In this document: in pieces, positions 9,263-17,376 of the stretch
How the letters are laid out: every line of letters begins with the position of its first letter
Position numbering within the stretch: the stretch's first letter is position 1
IMG/VR virus record: IMGVR_UViG_3300018050_001064
Span: 1-43,380 of that record
Reading direction: 5' to 3' (one strand)
DNA: 43,380 bases
Source of the DNA: a virus
Lineage: Duplodnaviria > Caudoviricetes
Notes under the pieces: model-generated
What the model saw: the letters and a program-made list of their open reading frames with translations, nothing else
Told to the model about the DNA's origin: nothing
Database searches by the model: none
Translations under genes and position numbers: made by a program

Positions 9263-10084
9263 TCAACCATTTGCCTGTTGATTGGCGATTCGCTGGGCGG
9301 CGCCGAAGCCAGCGAGACCACCAGCCTTGGCGGCTTTGTCTCCTGCTTGGTAGCGAGCACCCTGCGTATCCTTGAAGATTTGGTTGATGGTAGCGATGTT
9401 GGTGCGGGCGTAGCCAGCCTTCGACAGAAGAGCACCCAACTTTGCGGCGACAGGGGAGTCGGACGGGAAGCGGAGCGTGCCTTCCTTGGACATATGCTGG
9501 TAGACCCAAGCACGAACAGCCTTGTCGGGGATAGCCTTAGGGTTAATCTTCCAGCCGTTCACATTGCCATCCTTGTCGAAGGCGGCACCACGGAGATTCG
9601 GAGGAAGGTTGATAGAGAACACGCCGTCCTTCTGGTTCTTGGTGACATCGACACGGGTCTTCTGAACCACATATGTCGAGCCATTGCCGAACTTGATGGA
9701 CTGAACGCCATCCGCACCGATGGTGACTTGACCACCAGAGGCTTGCTGGGTTTCGCCGTTAGGCTTGATGAGGGTAACTGCGTCCTTCTTACCACCGAAG
9801 CGGGTATCTTGGACGATGATAGTGCCGTCCTTGGACTGCATAACGCCAAACTGCGTCAGAGCGAGGATGCGACCAACCTCGGACTTAGGCACTCGGAGCG
9901 TGCCACCACCCGCATTCGTGATGCGAGCGATAGCCTCATTCACATCGCCACCAGAGGCGACGGAGCGGTTTGCCGCTTCGACCTCCGCACGGCTACCTGT
10001 GCCGTATTCGTTCGCTTGAGAGCCGACAGGAGCCATCTTGCCCTCCTGTCGTGCCACATAAACATTAACTCCGCCTCTTGCCAT
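9263..10084 (-). CDS. Head-module protein with degenerate MARG leader
   Basis: 273 aa between scaffold and capsid genes; starts MARGGVNVYVARQE. Confidence 0.7.
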   Translation of the reverse strand: MARGGVNVYVARQEGKMAPVGSQANEYGTGSRAEVEAANRSVASGGDVNEAIARITNAGGGTLRVPKSEVGRILALTQFGVMQSKDGTIIVQDTRFGGKKDAVTLIKPNGETQQASGGQVTIGADGVQSIKFGNGSTYVVQKTRVDVTKNQKDGVFSINLPPNLRGAAFDKDGNVNGWKINPKAIPDKAVRAWVYQHMSKEGTLRFPSDSPVAAKLGALLSKAGYARTNIATINQIFKDTQGARYQAGDKAAKAGGLAGFGAAQRIANQQANG

Positions 10085-10119
10085 AGTAGTGTAGGTTTGG
10101 GTTTGGGGTTGCGTGTGAA

Positions 10120-11913
10120 TTAAGAGCGGGTGCGACGCTTGAGGTTCGCCTGCACGGCACGACCAATCTGCGAGGCGTTAGCCTTGAAGAAGCGGTTCTT
10201 CTCACGAGCGTCGGTCATTGCCTCGAACTTGGCGAGGATGTCGGCATCGGTGACAGGAGCGTCGCCTTGGATTTCAGCGGCAACAGGCTCGGAGGCACTC
10301 TGGGCAACAATCTTTGCCGCCTTGGCTTCGAGGGACTTGTCGGTGGCTTCGGCTTGGGCAAACTTGCTCATCATCGCCTCGAACTTGGCTTGGAGTTGGG
10401 CGACAGCGGTCATCGCTTCGTCCTTCGCCTTCACTTCGGCGGCAAGGGCTTGACCCTGCTTGGCGAGTTCGGCTTCAACCTTCTGCTTCGCCTTGGCAAC
10501 TTCAGCCAGACGCTCGACAGCGACATCGACCACGGAGTCCATAGACTGCTTGGCGACGGCAACGAGCGGGGCTTCTTCAGCGATAGGGGACTTGTCACCG
10601 ATTTCGGTCGTGTTACCCTTGGTCGGGGCACAGCCGTCTTCGTGAACCTTGGTCTCGTCAGAGGCACAGTTGTCCTTGACGCACTTCTCGACGGATTCAG
10701 CCTTCTTGCCCTTCTTGGCATCCTTCTTGTCGAGGAAAGACTCTTCTTCGTCTTGGTCGGGCTGACCTGTGACATCGTTCTTGTTAACGCCACCGATGGA
10801 GTTTTCGCCCTTCTTGGCGGTTTCCTTCTTCTGCTTCTCTTGGTTGACGAGTTGCTTGAGGTATTCCATCAGCGGGGCAGGGATTTCGTCTTCGCCAGCC
10901 TGCTTCGCAACGGCTTCAGCCTTCTTCGCACCCTTACCCGGCTTGGACAGGGTGACTTCGTGCTCGTGCTCTTCGCCTTCGGATTCCTGCATATCGGGAG
11001 ATTCCATAATCTCTTCGACATCGGTTTCGCCCTTCGCCTTGCCAGCCTTGGCGGCGAGTTTCTTGTTAAGGGACGGGGAGGTGGTGTTGTCCTCGTTCAC
11101 ATTGTTCTTGTTAGGGTCAAGACCCGGCTGGGGGATAATGTCGCCGAAGTTCTTTGTCTCTTCCTTGAGAGGGGACTTGAGGGTCGAATCAGCCTTCTTG
11201 CTCTTCGCCTTGGAGGCGTTACGATACTCACGGAGCATTTCCATTTCGTCTTCGGAAAGTTCGCCGTAATCTTCTTCGTCTTCATAGGAAGCCTTGGAAG
11301 CCTTCTTGCCCTTCTTGGACTTGTAGTTGCAGGCTTCTTCGGACTCTTCTTCTTCACGCTCTTCAATCTTTTCCTTGATGAAGTCGGGCATTTCAGCCTT
11401 CTTGCCTTTCTTGGCTTCGTTCCGCATACCCGGAGACGGGTGATTAGGGTTCTCTTCGGCTTCGGCTTCTTCCTTTTCCTCAATCTTGTCCTTGATGAAT
11501 TGGGGCATCTCGCCCTTCTTGCCCTTCTTGCCAGCATCGAGGTGTTGCTTCTCGGCAGGGGTGTTGCCTTCTTCGCCGTCTTCCATACGCTGCTTCACAT
11601 ACTCGTTGAGGTCAGCCTTCTTGGCGGCTTCCTTTTCGAGGCGAACCACATTGGCTTGGAGTTCCTTCAGAACCTTGGCGGTCATCTCACGCTCGGCGAG
11701 CAGTTCGCCCAACTTGGCGACGATAAGGGGGTCAACCGCAACAGGCTCGGAAGCCTTCGGGGCGGAGAGAGCAGTCTCGATTTCAGCAAGACGCTTCGAG
11801 AGGGCTTCCTTTTCAGAAGCGAGTGAGGTAACCTGTTCAGAGAGGGCGAGGGTCTGCTTCGACGCTTCGATAGCCTCCTTGAGTTGCTGTTCGACGGACT
11901 TGGTATTGCTCAT
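10120..11913 (-). CDS. Capsid scaffolding protein (long, repeat-containing)
   Basis: 597 aa, E/K/A-rich, coiled-coil ends, follows the S49 protease, basic C-terminus. Confidence 0.7.
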   Translation of the reverse strand: MSNTKSVEQQLKEAIEASKQTLALSEQVTSLASEKEALSKRLAEIETALSAPKASEPVAVDPLIVAKLGELLAEREMTAKVLKELQANVVRLEKEAAKKADLNEYVKQRMEDGEEGNTPAEKQHLDAGKKGKKGEMPQFIKDKIEEKEEAEAEENPNHPSPGMRNEAKKGKKAEMPDFIKEKIEEREEEESEEACNYKSKKGKKASKASYEDEEDYGELSEDEMEMLREYRNASKAKSKKADSTLKSPLKEETKNFGDIIPQPGLDPNKNNVNEDNTTSPSLNKKLAAKAGKAKGETDVEEIMESPDMQESEGEEHEHEVTLSKPGKGAKKAEAVAKQAGEDEIPAPLMEYLKQLVNQEKQKKETAKKGENSIGGVNKNDVTGQPDQDEEESFLDKKDAKKGKKAESVEKCVKDNCASDETKVHEDGCAPTKGNTTEIGDKSPIAEEAPLVAVAKQSMDSVVDVAVERLAEVAKAKQKVEAELAKQGQALAAEVKAKDEAMTAVAQLQAKFEAMMSKFAQAEATDKSLEAKAAKIVAQSASEPVAAEIQGDAPVTDADILAKFEAMTDAREKNRFFKANASQIGRAVQANLKRRTRS

Positions 11914-11942
11914 AATGCTGGGATGTTAGTGTTTATGAAATG

Positions 11943-12953
11943 TCAACCGATGTAAGGATTCGGCGTATCAAGAGAGGTAGGTGACATCGGCTGGGAATAC
12001 ATCGTGGGGAGCATCTGGCGATGTGCCTGCCTGCGGGTATTCTTGATTTCTTCCAGCAGAGCGTCGAACGAATCGACGATGCCCGTGGTTAACCCACGCT
12101 GTGCCGCCTTGTCTCCGTAGAACGACTGCCCTTGTAGGTCTTCCAGCGATGCGAACTGTCGGACGGAACGGACATCTCGGATAAATCTGCCGTGCAGTTC
12201 ATCGACCTCGTCTTGGAGGGCGTTGATTTGGTCGGGGGTAAGGCTTGTGCCTTCCACGCCTGCCGCCTTGTATTTTCCCGACTTGATGACGACTACTTCA
12301 CGACCTTCCTTCTCGAACTTCTTACGCTCGTCGGTCATTGTGATGTAAACGCCACACGCTCCTACTGAAGCCGAGGGGGTGCAAACAAAGCGTTTGCATT
12401 GTGATGCCATCCAATAAGCCGCCGAACCGCAGTCGGAGTCGGTAAAGGCAATGGTCGGCTTGTCGTATGTGCGGATTTTCTTCGCAAGTTCCTCCAGACC
12501 CGTAGTGCTACCGCCCCCAGAGTCCATATGGAGAACCACCTCGAAGACTGTGTCGTCCTTCATCCAAGCGTCGAGTTGGCTCGCAATCTTGTCGATGTCC
12601 GCACAACCAAGCATCGCCTCAAGGGGAGATAGGCACTTACCAATGACTCCACGCACAGGGATGATGCCCGTGCCATCCTTGACATACGGCATTGATGCCA
12701 CGGCGAGACCAGCAGATGCCGCCATCTTTTCGATGTCCTCATCGTCATCAGCGACGGGGGCGGCACGGAAACGCTTTGCCTTCGGACCGACTTCAGCCTT
12801 CGGCATCGGGTTCATATACGCCGACAAATGGTATGCAATCTCTGGGTTAGAGACGATAAGTTCAGCGTTCTTCAAAAACGCCTGTGCCTTAATAGGGTCA
12901 ATGAGGAGGGGTCGTCCCGCCTTCAAGGCGTAGTGTAAGTCGCTTCTAATCAT
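11943..12953 (-). CDS. Prohead protease, peptidase S49 family (lambda gpC-like)
   Basis: LHMDSGGG, CGSAAYWMAS, SVGACGV and IKSGKYK motifs of SppA/S49. Confidence 0.9.
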   Translation of the reverse strand: MIRSDLHYALKAGRPLLIDPIKAQAFLKNAELIVSNPEIAYHLSAYMNPMPKAEVGPKAKRFRAAPVADDDEDIEKMAASAGLAVASMPYVKDGTGIIPVRGVIGKCLSPLEAMLGCADIDKIASQLDAWMKDDTVFEVVLHMDSGGGSTTGLEELAKKIRTYDKPTIAFTDSDCGSAAYWMASQCKRFVCTPSASVGACGVYITMTDERKKFEKEGREVVVIKSGKYKAAGVEGTSLTPDQINALQDEVDELHGRFIRDVRSVRQFASLEDLQGQSFYGDKAAQRGLTTGIVDSFDALLEEIKNTRRQAHRQMLPTMYSQPMSPTSLDTPNPYIG

Positions 12954-14677
12954 CTGGAGAAAGGTTGCTCTCTGTTACGGGAAAGCCCCGGATTTTGTTT
13001 TGGCAGGGTGTCAACAGAGGTTTCCATCTGCGACGCAGGCTCTGCGGCGGGAGTCTTCGGAGGAGGCGAGAGTTCTGGTTCGCTGTTCGTAAGCGGGTCG
13101 CCAGCCATTTCTTCCGCTTTCTGCCCCACAACTTGGTCGATAGGAACAATCTGCGGTTGTCCATCGGGACCCGGCATAACGATACCCATCGCCCCTTCGG
13201 GAATGGTGTTCGGTTGCTGTTGAGGCTGACCGCCACCACCGCCAGAGGGCGACTTACGCCAAAGTTTGTCTTCTGGGACACCCGTCTCCTTTGACACACG
13301 CTGAATAAATGCGTGGTCACGGGCAATCTTTCGGATGGTCTTCTCAAACCCGTAGCCACGGCTCTGGAAGTCGTCGCTAGGAGGGATACGACCCATATCA
13401 AGGTCGGCACGCTCATTAGCACCCTCACGACCAGCATCAACTGTGACCGACTTACAGCAAACCCACTCCGTCTTCCACCAATTGCGGGCGTTTGGGATTT
13501 CCTTTCGGTCGATTTTAAGACCACACCAGAATTGGAAGTAGTCTTGTAGGAATCGGTTTATGATAATCGTCTGTCTGTGCGAGAAGAAGCGTCCCGCCTT
13601 CGCTACCACGAGGCGAACGGAAGCACCTCCAGCACGAGTCGGGTCTGCAACAAACTCGTATGGCAAGCCCCCCATAACAGAGTCCCTGCGTAGGTGGTCA
13701 ATAAATCCAGCAAAAGCCGCAGACGGACGGGCGGACTGATAAGAAACAAGGCTTTCATTGTTCTGTAAAACGGCGGTCACACCACCAAGCACTCGGTTCA
13801 GAGCGTCGGGGTCGGTATTGGCGGTAGAGGAGTTGCCCTCGCCCAAAGGCTGACCAAGACCAAGGTCACCCGAATCCATTCTGGTGTCTTCCACCTTTAG
13901 GATACGAGAAGTGCGTGAATTGTCCTTAACAGCGACCTTCTCCATCGCCAGCAAGTCCATTTCGTCACGCATATGATTGATAGCGTGCTGATGGGGCGGG
14001 AAGGCTCGGCTCTGGGAGGCGTATTCTGCGTCGAAGATGTGAATCATCGAGGCCGCCTTAATAGGTTCATACTTTCCGTCGCCCTGCTTTACATAATAAA
14101 AGGTCGGCTTTCCGTATTTGTCGAAGCGGATGCCGTCAAAGATGTCGGGGAGCGACATCGCATCGGGCGGGGTCTCCACTCTGTGGGCTTCGATGATTTG
14201 GAACTTCGGGTTGCCCTTCTTATCCTTGCACTTGATGATGAAGATTTCCCCGTCCCTATCCAAGGCTTCGCAAAGGATGTAAAGGGCTTCGAGCATTGAG
14301 AAACGCCCAGACATTTCTGGACGGATGCACTCCTGCTCCCACTCGGCTTCCACCAAGTTCTGCCAATCGTATTCGCCACCCAAGCATTGCAGTCCGATGC
14401 CCTCGCCTATCGAGTAGATGGCGGTGTCTTTAATCATCTGCTTGTAGAGTCCGTTGTTCTTCTCCAGCCAACGGGAAAGGCGAACCATCTCACGACGGGT
14501 CTGCCCCGTCATTTCCATTCGGAAATCGGTCGGCTGGGGTGCGTCGATGCGGGTTCTGTGAACCGAATAGCGTGTGGACTCAAAAGCCCCTTGGTAGGCT
14601 TTCGGCTTCAAGAGGTTAGACAGGCTCATACGAACCCTGTCAAAGACGCTCGGTTTCGGTTGGTTATCGGGTGGCAT
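12950..14677 (-). CDS. Portal protein, lambda family
   Basis: 575 aa; SRWLEKNN, RDGEIF, QIIEAHRV and DGIRFDKYGKP motifs. Confidence 0.9.
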   Translation of the reverse strand: MPPDNQPKPSVFDRVRMSLSNLLKPKAYQGAFESTRYSVHRTRIDAPQPTDFRMEMTGQTRREMVRLSRWLEKNNGLYKQMIKDTAIYSIGEGIGLQCLGGEYDWQNLVEAEWEQECIRPEMSGRFSMLEALYILCEALDRDGEIFIIKCKDKKGNPKFQIIEAHRVETPPDAMSLPDIFDGIRFDKYGKPTFYYVKQGDGKYEPIKAASMIHIFDAEYASQSRAFPPHQHAINHMRDEMDLLAMEKVAVKDNSRTSRILKVEDTRMDSGDLGLGQPLGEGNSSTANTDPDALNRVLGGVTAVLQNNESLVSYQSARPSAAFAGFIDHLRRDSVMGGLPYEFVADPTRAGGASVRLVVAKAGRFFSHRQTIIINRFLQDYFQFWCGLKIDRKEIPNARNWWKTEWVCCKSVTVDAGREGANERADLDMGRIPPSDDFQSRGYGFEKTIRKIARDHAFIQRVSKETGVPEDKLWRKSPSGGGGGQPQQQPNTIPEGAMGIVMPGPDGQPQIVPIDQVVGQKAEEMAGDPLTNSEPELSPPPKTPAAEPASQMETSVDTLPKQNPGLSRNREQPFSR

Positions 14678-14922
14678 CAGCGGTCAACAAGTCGATTGTA
14701 GTTCGTGTAGAGTCCACGAGTCCGTCCATCCAGACGCTGGAGGGCGTAGTTCGCCTCTTGGAGCATCTGTTGAGGGGGCAAGGCAAATTGTTTGCTGGCG
14801 TTTGTCGAGCCATCTCCGTAGGACATAATCGTCTTCCCTTCCATAATCAAAGCAACCGCCTTATCACGGATAGCCTCAATGGTCTCTCTGGGAAGTCCGA
14901 CAAATAGTCCGTTGGCTGGCAT
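14677..14922 (-). CDS. gpW-like head completion protein
   Basis: 81 aa immediately before the portal gene as in lambda; helix-hairpin-helix pattern (EGKTIMSYGDG). Confidence 0.6.
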   Translation of the reverse strand: MPANGLFVGLPRETIEAIRDKAVALIMEGKTIMSYGDGSTNASKQFALPPQQMLQEANYALQRLDGRTRGLYTNYNRLVDR

Positions 14923-14959
14923 CGTGCATTTGGCACGCTGTCAACGACACGGACGAAGA

Positions 14960-15412
14960 AAGTGAATGGTCTGCTGGATGACCCCTTGAACCCCATTTGT
15001 TGAGCAACCCGTAGAATGCCCAAACAAGGTGTGCCGTCATCTCTGCTCGGCTACTTTCATCAGCCAGACCAAGTGGTAAAGGAGAACCAGAGCCTTTTGA
15101 AACGGGAGACTCTCGTCTTTGTCCCGCCCCATCTGTCCGCTCTGGCGTCTTAGGCTTGTAGTTGGAGCGTTCCGTCTCCCGCTGTCTCTTCCCCCGCTTT
15201 GGACACGGGGTGATAGCCATTGGCAACCAGCGAGGCTTCTACAAACTTGCATCACCACCCTGCTTACGCAGGACTGTCGGCGGATGAATCACACCGACAG
15301 CAAAGTTAAAGGGCGGTTCTCGAACCCCGCCATACCCTTAAGTGACCTTAAGGTTTTCAGTCGTTAGCCCCGCTACGGAATGGCTCATTTGCCAACCGCC
15401 GACTGCTTCAAG
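14960..15412 (-). ncRNA. Candidate ~450-nt structured RNA
   Basis: No convincing ORF; follows a boxA-like site and a TTGACA; several hairpins (e.g. CCTTAAG-GTCA-CTTAAGG, CCTGC-GTAA-GCAGG); boundaries approximate. Confidence 0.45.
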
Positions 15413-15425
15413 ATGTTTAAAGAAC
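15413..15425 (-). promoter_or_regulatory. boxA-like antitermination element
   Basis: GTTCTTTAAACAT versus rrn boxA GCTCTTTAACA. Confidence 0.55.
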
Positions 15426-15473
15426 TAAAAGTATTCTTACTCTCGTAGGTTGTTTGTCAACTCTATTTTTTAG

Positions 15474-15587
15474 AGTCGCCGTGGAGGAGTCGAACCTCCG
15501 TCCACGAGTCCTTTCAAGAGACGGGGTCTTGCGAACCACGCCACCGCCAATCAAGACGGCTTCCAAGGACAGCACCACGCTACGGCG
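15474..15587 (-). ncRNA. tRNA-like RNA (non-canonical, ~114 nt)
   Basis: CGCCGT/ACGGCG acceptor-like stem; T-arm GGAGG-TTCGACT-CCTCC; GTCCTT/AAGGAC stem encloses a branched domain instead of an anticodon loop. Confidence 0.6.
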
Positions 15588-15595
15588 TAAAGGTT

Positions 15596-16045
15596 TGGTT
15601 GGTGGTGGGATTTGCACCCACAATTTTCGGACCGGGGAGCGACCCCACCTCGGTGACAGCCAAGGTTTGACATCATCCGTGTCTGCGTTGCTGGAGTTAG
15701 TCGGAAGTCATCCCGACCCCCGTGAGTTATTACCCCCACGAGACGCTACACCCTCCATAAAGTATTAGGCATTCCAGCGACCGACATCACTCCCTTGTCT
15801 CCCCCTCGGCTTATTGAGGTTTCTATCCGGGTGCTCTGTGTGAGAGTTGCGGGGCTTTCGCTTGTCCGCTCCTGTCGCCCACCACAAGCCGTCCGTCCTG
15901 CGAAAGGGGCAGGCAATCTTCGGTGCAAGAATACTCCCTGTGTAGACAGGGCTTGTCTGGTTCGCTTACGGCACTTTTCAGATGCCGACGGGTGATAGGT
16001 CGTCCCCTCTTGCGAGGCTGTGCGAGCAGTTTGCGTGGTGTTGGA
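15596..16045 (-). ncRNA. Candidate ~450-nt structured RNA ending in T-loop-like hairpin and CCA
   Basis: Starts after a boxA-like site; ends GTGGG-TGCAAAT-CCCAC-CACCAACCA; many short hairpins with GNRA/UUCG-type loops. Confidence 0.5.
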
Positions 16046-16058
16046 ATGTCAAAAGAAC
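16046..16058 (-). promoter_or_regulatory. boxA-like element
   Basis: GTTCTTTTGACAT. Confidence 0.55.
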
Positions 16059-16067
16059 AGAAAAGGG

Positions 16068-16261
16068 TGCCGCAGGATACCTCTCGGTATCGATATGTTA
16101 GTCGTAGTCGCATTCAACATTGGGTATCCCCAACTTTAGTTTACAGTTAAATCCCTTGCGAGATACAGTCTCCGTCAGTCACCTTACGCCCTTGCAAGAA
16201 CAGTAAGGCTTTTTTTGGAGGTCAGCGAAACCAATGCACTACGCACTAACAGCCGGCGGCA
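16068..16261 (-). ncRNA. Structured RNA, ~194 nt
   Basis: TGCCGC/GCGGCA terminal stem; long stem TGTTAGT-G-CGTAGT-GCATT with AATGC-G-ACTACG-ACTAACA; 3' GATACC-GAGA-GGTATC hairpin. Confidence 0.55.
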
Positions 16262-16290
16262 TAAAAATCTTACCAAGTTTCGTTACGAGC

Positions 16291-16380
16291 CTTACTTCCT
16301 CTCGCCAGCCCCCAGCGGGGCTTGGCGTTGTAGGCGTGCACTAACGCCTCGTTCTTCGACCTTGCGGTCTACAAAGTAAG
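16291..16380 (-). ncRNA. Small multi-hairpin RNA candidate
   Basis: CTTACTT/AAGTAAG closing stem enclosing GACC-GCAA-GGTC, AGGCGT/ACGCCT and a third hairpin. Confidence 0.4.
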
Positions 16381-16382
16381 CA

Positions 16383-16592
16383 GCCCACGGCAGGACTTGA
16401 ACCTGCAACTTGCGAGAGGGTATCCCCTCAAGAGACCACATTGAGTTTTCAGCAGTATCCCGCTTATTCTCACAGTTAAAACCCGTTTAACAGGTTACAG
16501 TTCTCTAAATCCGCACACTCGGTTGCAACCAAAGTGTGTTTCATTTCGAGAGTCAGCGGTGGTCTAACTCGAACCAATCGAGTAGCGTGGGC
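16383..16592 (-). ncRNA. tRNA-like RNA with ~119-nt insert in place of the anticodon loop
   Basis: 7-bp acceptor GCCCACG/CGTGGGC; D-like arm ACTCG-ATTGGTT-CGAGT; AGACCAC/GTGGTCT stem; long variable arm; T-arm GCAGG-TTCAAGT-CCTGC. Confidence 0.65.
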
Positions 16593-16601
16593 GTAACTTA
16601 T

Positions 16602-16667
16602 GACGAGCCAGACATTGGCGACACTCTTATCGCAGAGCGGGCGTGCTGTCGGCGTGTTAGGCTCGTC
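16602..16667 (-). ncRNA. Small hairpin RNA candidate
   Basis: Perfect 8-bp terminal stem GACGAGCC/GGCTCGTC just downstream of a boxA-like site. Confidence 0.35.
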
Positions 16668-16679
16668 TTGAAACTTGGA

Positions 16680-16691
16680 ATGAGAAAGAAC
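16680..16691 (-). promoter_or_regulatory. boxA-like element
   Basis: GTTCTTTCTCAT. Confidence 0.45.
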
Positions 16692-16702
16692 TGAAAGTGA
16701 AC

Positions 16703-16996
16703 CATCATCTCGTATCTTGGCTTCGGGGCTATCCCCCTGTTCGCCTTCGACTCATCGCCCGTGGACTTATCTGCTCGGCACTTGACCGATTTTCCCTCGC
16801 TGGGGATTGCCACTCTCCGTATTCCCTTGGCTCGCTCTGCGTCGGTCAGTCTTGTAGCGGTTGCCCGCATCTGCCGTCCGTAGTGACTCGACTCCCCTGC
16901 CTTTCCCCATCTGGGTCATCGGTCGGGTTACTCGTTCACTTACTCCCAAGGATTACGAAGTCCTCCACTTCGATGGAGGCGACTTACGAGATGATG
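16703..16996 (-). ncRNA. Structured RNA, ~294 nt, closed by a 12-bp stem
   Basis: Perfect inverted repeat CATCATCTCGTA (16703-16714) / TACGAGATGATG (16985-16996), flanked by two boxA-like sites. Confidence 0.55.
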
Positions 16997-17005
16997 TCAA
17001 AGAAC
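16994..17005 (-). promoter_or_regulatory. boxA-like element
   Basis: GTTCTTTGACAT. Confidence 0.6.
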
Positions 17006-17015
17006 TGAAAGAGGA

Positions 17016-17089
17016 GCGATGTGGCTGGTTTGGTTACCAGCCCCCGACCGCAGTCGGGTTGCACAGGTGAGGTCAGTCTCACACACCGC
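17016..17089 (-). ncRNA. 74-nt cloverleaf-shaped RNA lacking tRNA consensus
   Basis: GCGGTGT/ACATCGC stem plus three hairpins (GTGAG/CTCAC, CCCGAC/GTCGGG, GGCTGG/CCAGCC). Confidence 0.45.
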
Positions 17090-17099
17090 ATAAAGTAGA

Positions 17100-17208
17100 G
17101 AGTCGCCCTTGGTCTTTTCGCTCACGCTCGTTGCCGTTGTTAGCCTCGGTCGTGGTTCACAGCCCCTGCTTGTTGCAGAGGACTTAAGGTAGATTTATCG
17201 GGCGACTC
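17100..17208 (-). ncRNA. ~109-nt RNA candidate closed by a 9-bp stem
   Basis: GAGTCGCCC/GGGCGACTC inverted repeat directly after the first boxA-like site. Confidence 0.45.
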
Positions 17209-17233
17209 AAAGAACAGAGGGTAGTTAACCCTG
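17205..17233 (-). promoter_or_regulatory. boxA-like element preceded by a small hairpin
   Basis: AGGGT-TAACT-ACCCT hairpin then GTTCTTTGAG, resembling rrn boxB-boxA order. Confidence 0.45.
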
Positions 17234-17376
17234 ATGAGAGAAGTAGATACTATGCCCAAGGGTTTGACAAGCCAAAAAAACAAAAAAGATTCAGAAACTC
17301 ATAAACCCCCTGTAAACATTGGGTTTTTTGACGAAAATAATTTTGGCTACGACCCCTTTTTAGGGGTATGACCCCC

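Noticed and set aside
16068-16261. 6S RNA assignment for the ~194-nt rod-like RNA
   Set aside because: Size fits, but the interior is branched and shares a module with the tRNA-like neighbour; cannot be supported without a covariance search
15474-16592. Calling the T-arm-containing elements canonical tRNAs or tmRNA
   Set aside because: No 7-nt anticodon loop, no G3-U70 alanine identity, no convincing tag reading frame; reported as tRNA-like instead
14876-17070. Short ORFs across the terL-gpW interval as genes
   Set aside because: 60-116 aa, overlapping on both strands, atypical composition; the region is better explained by RNA structures
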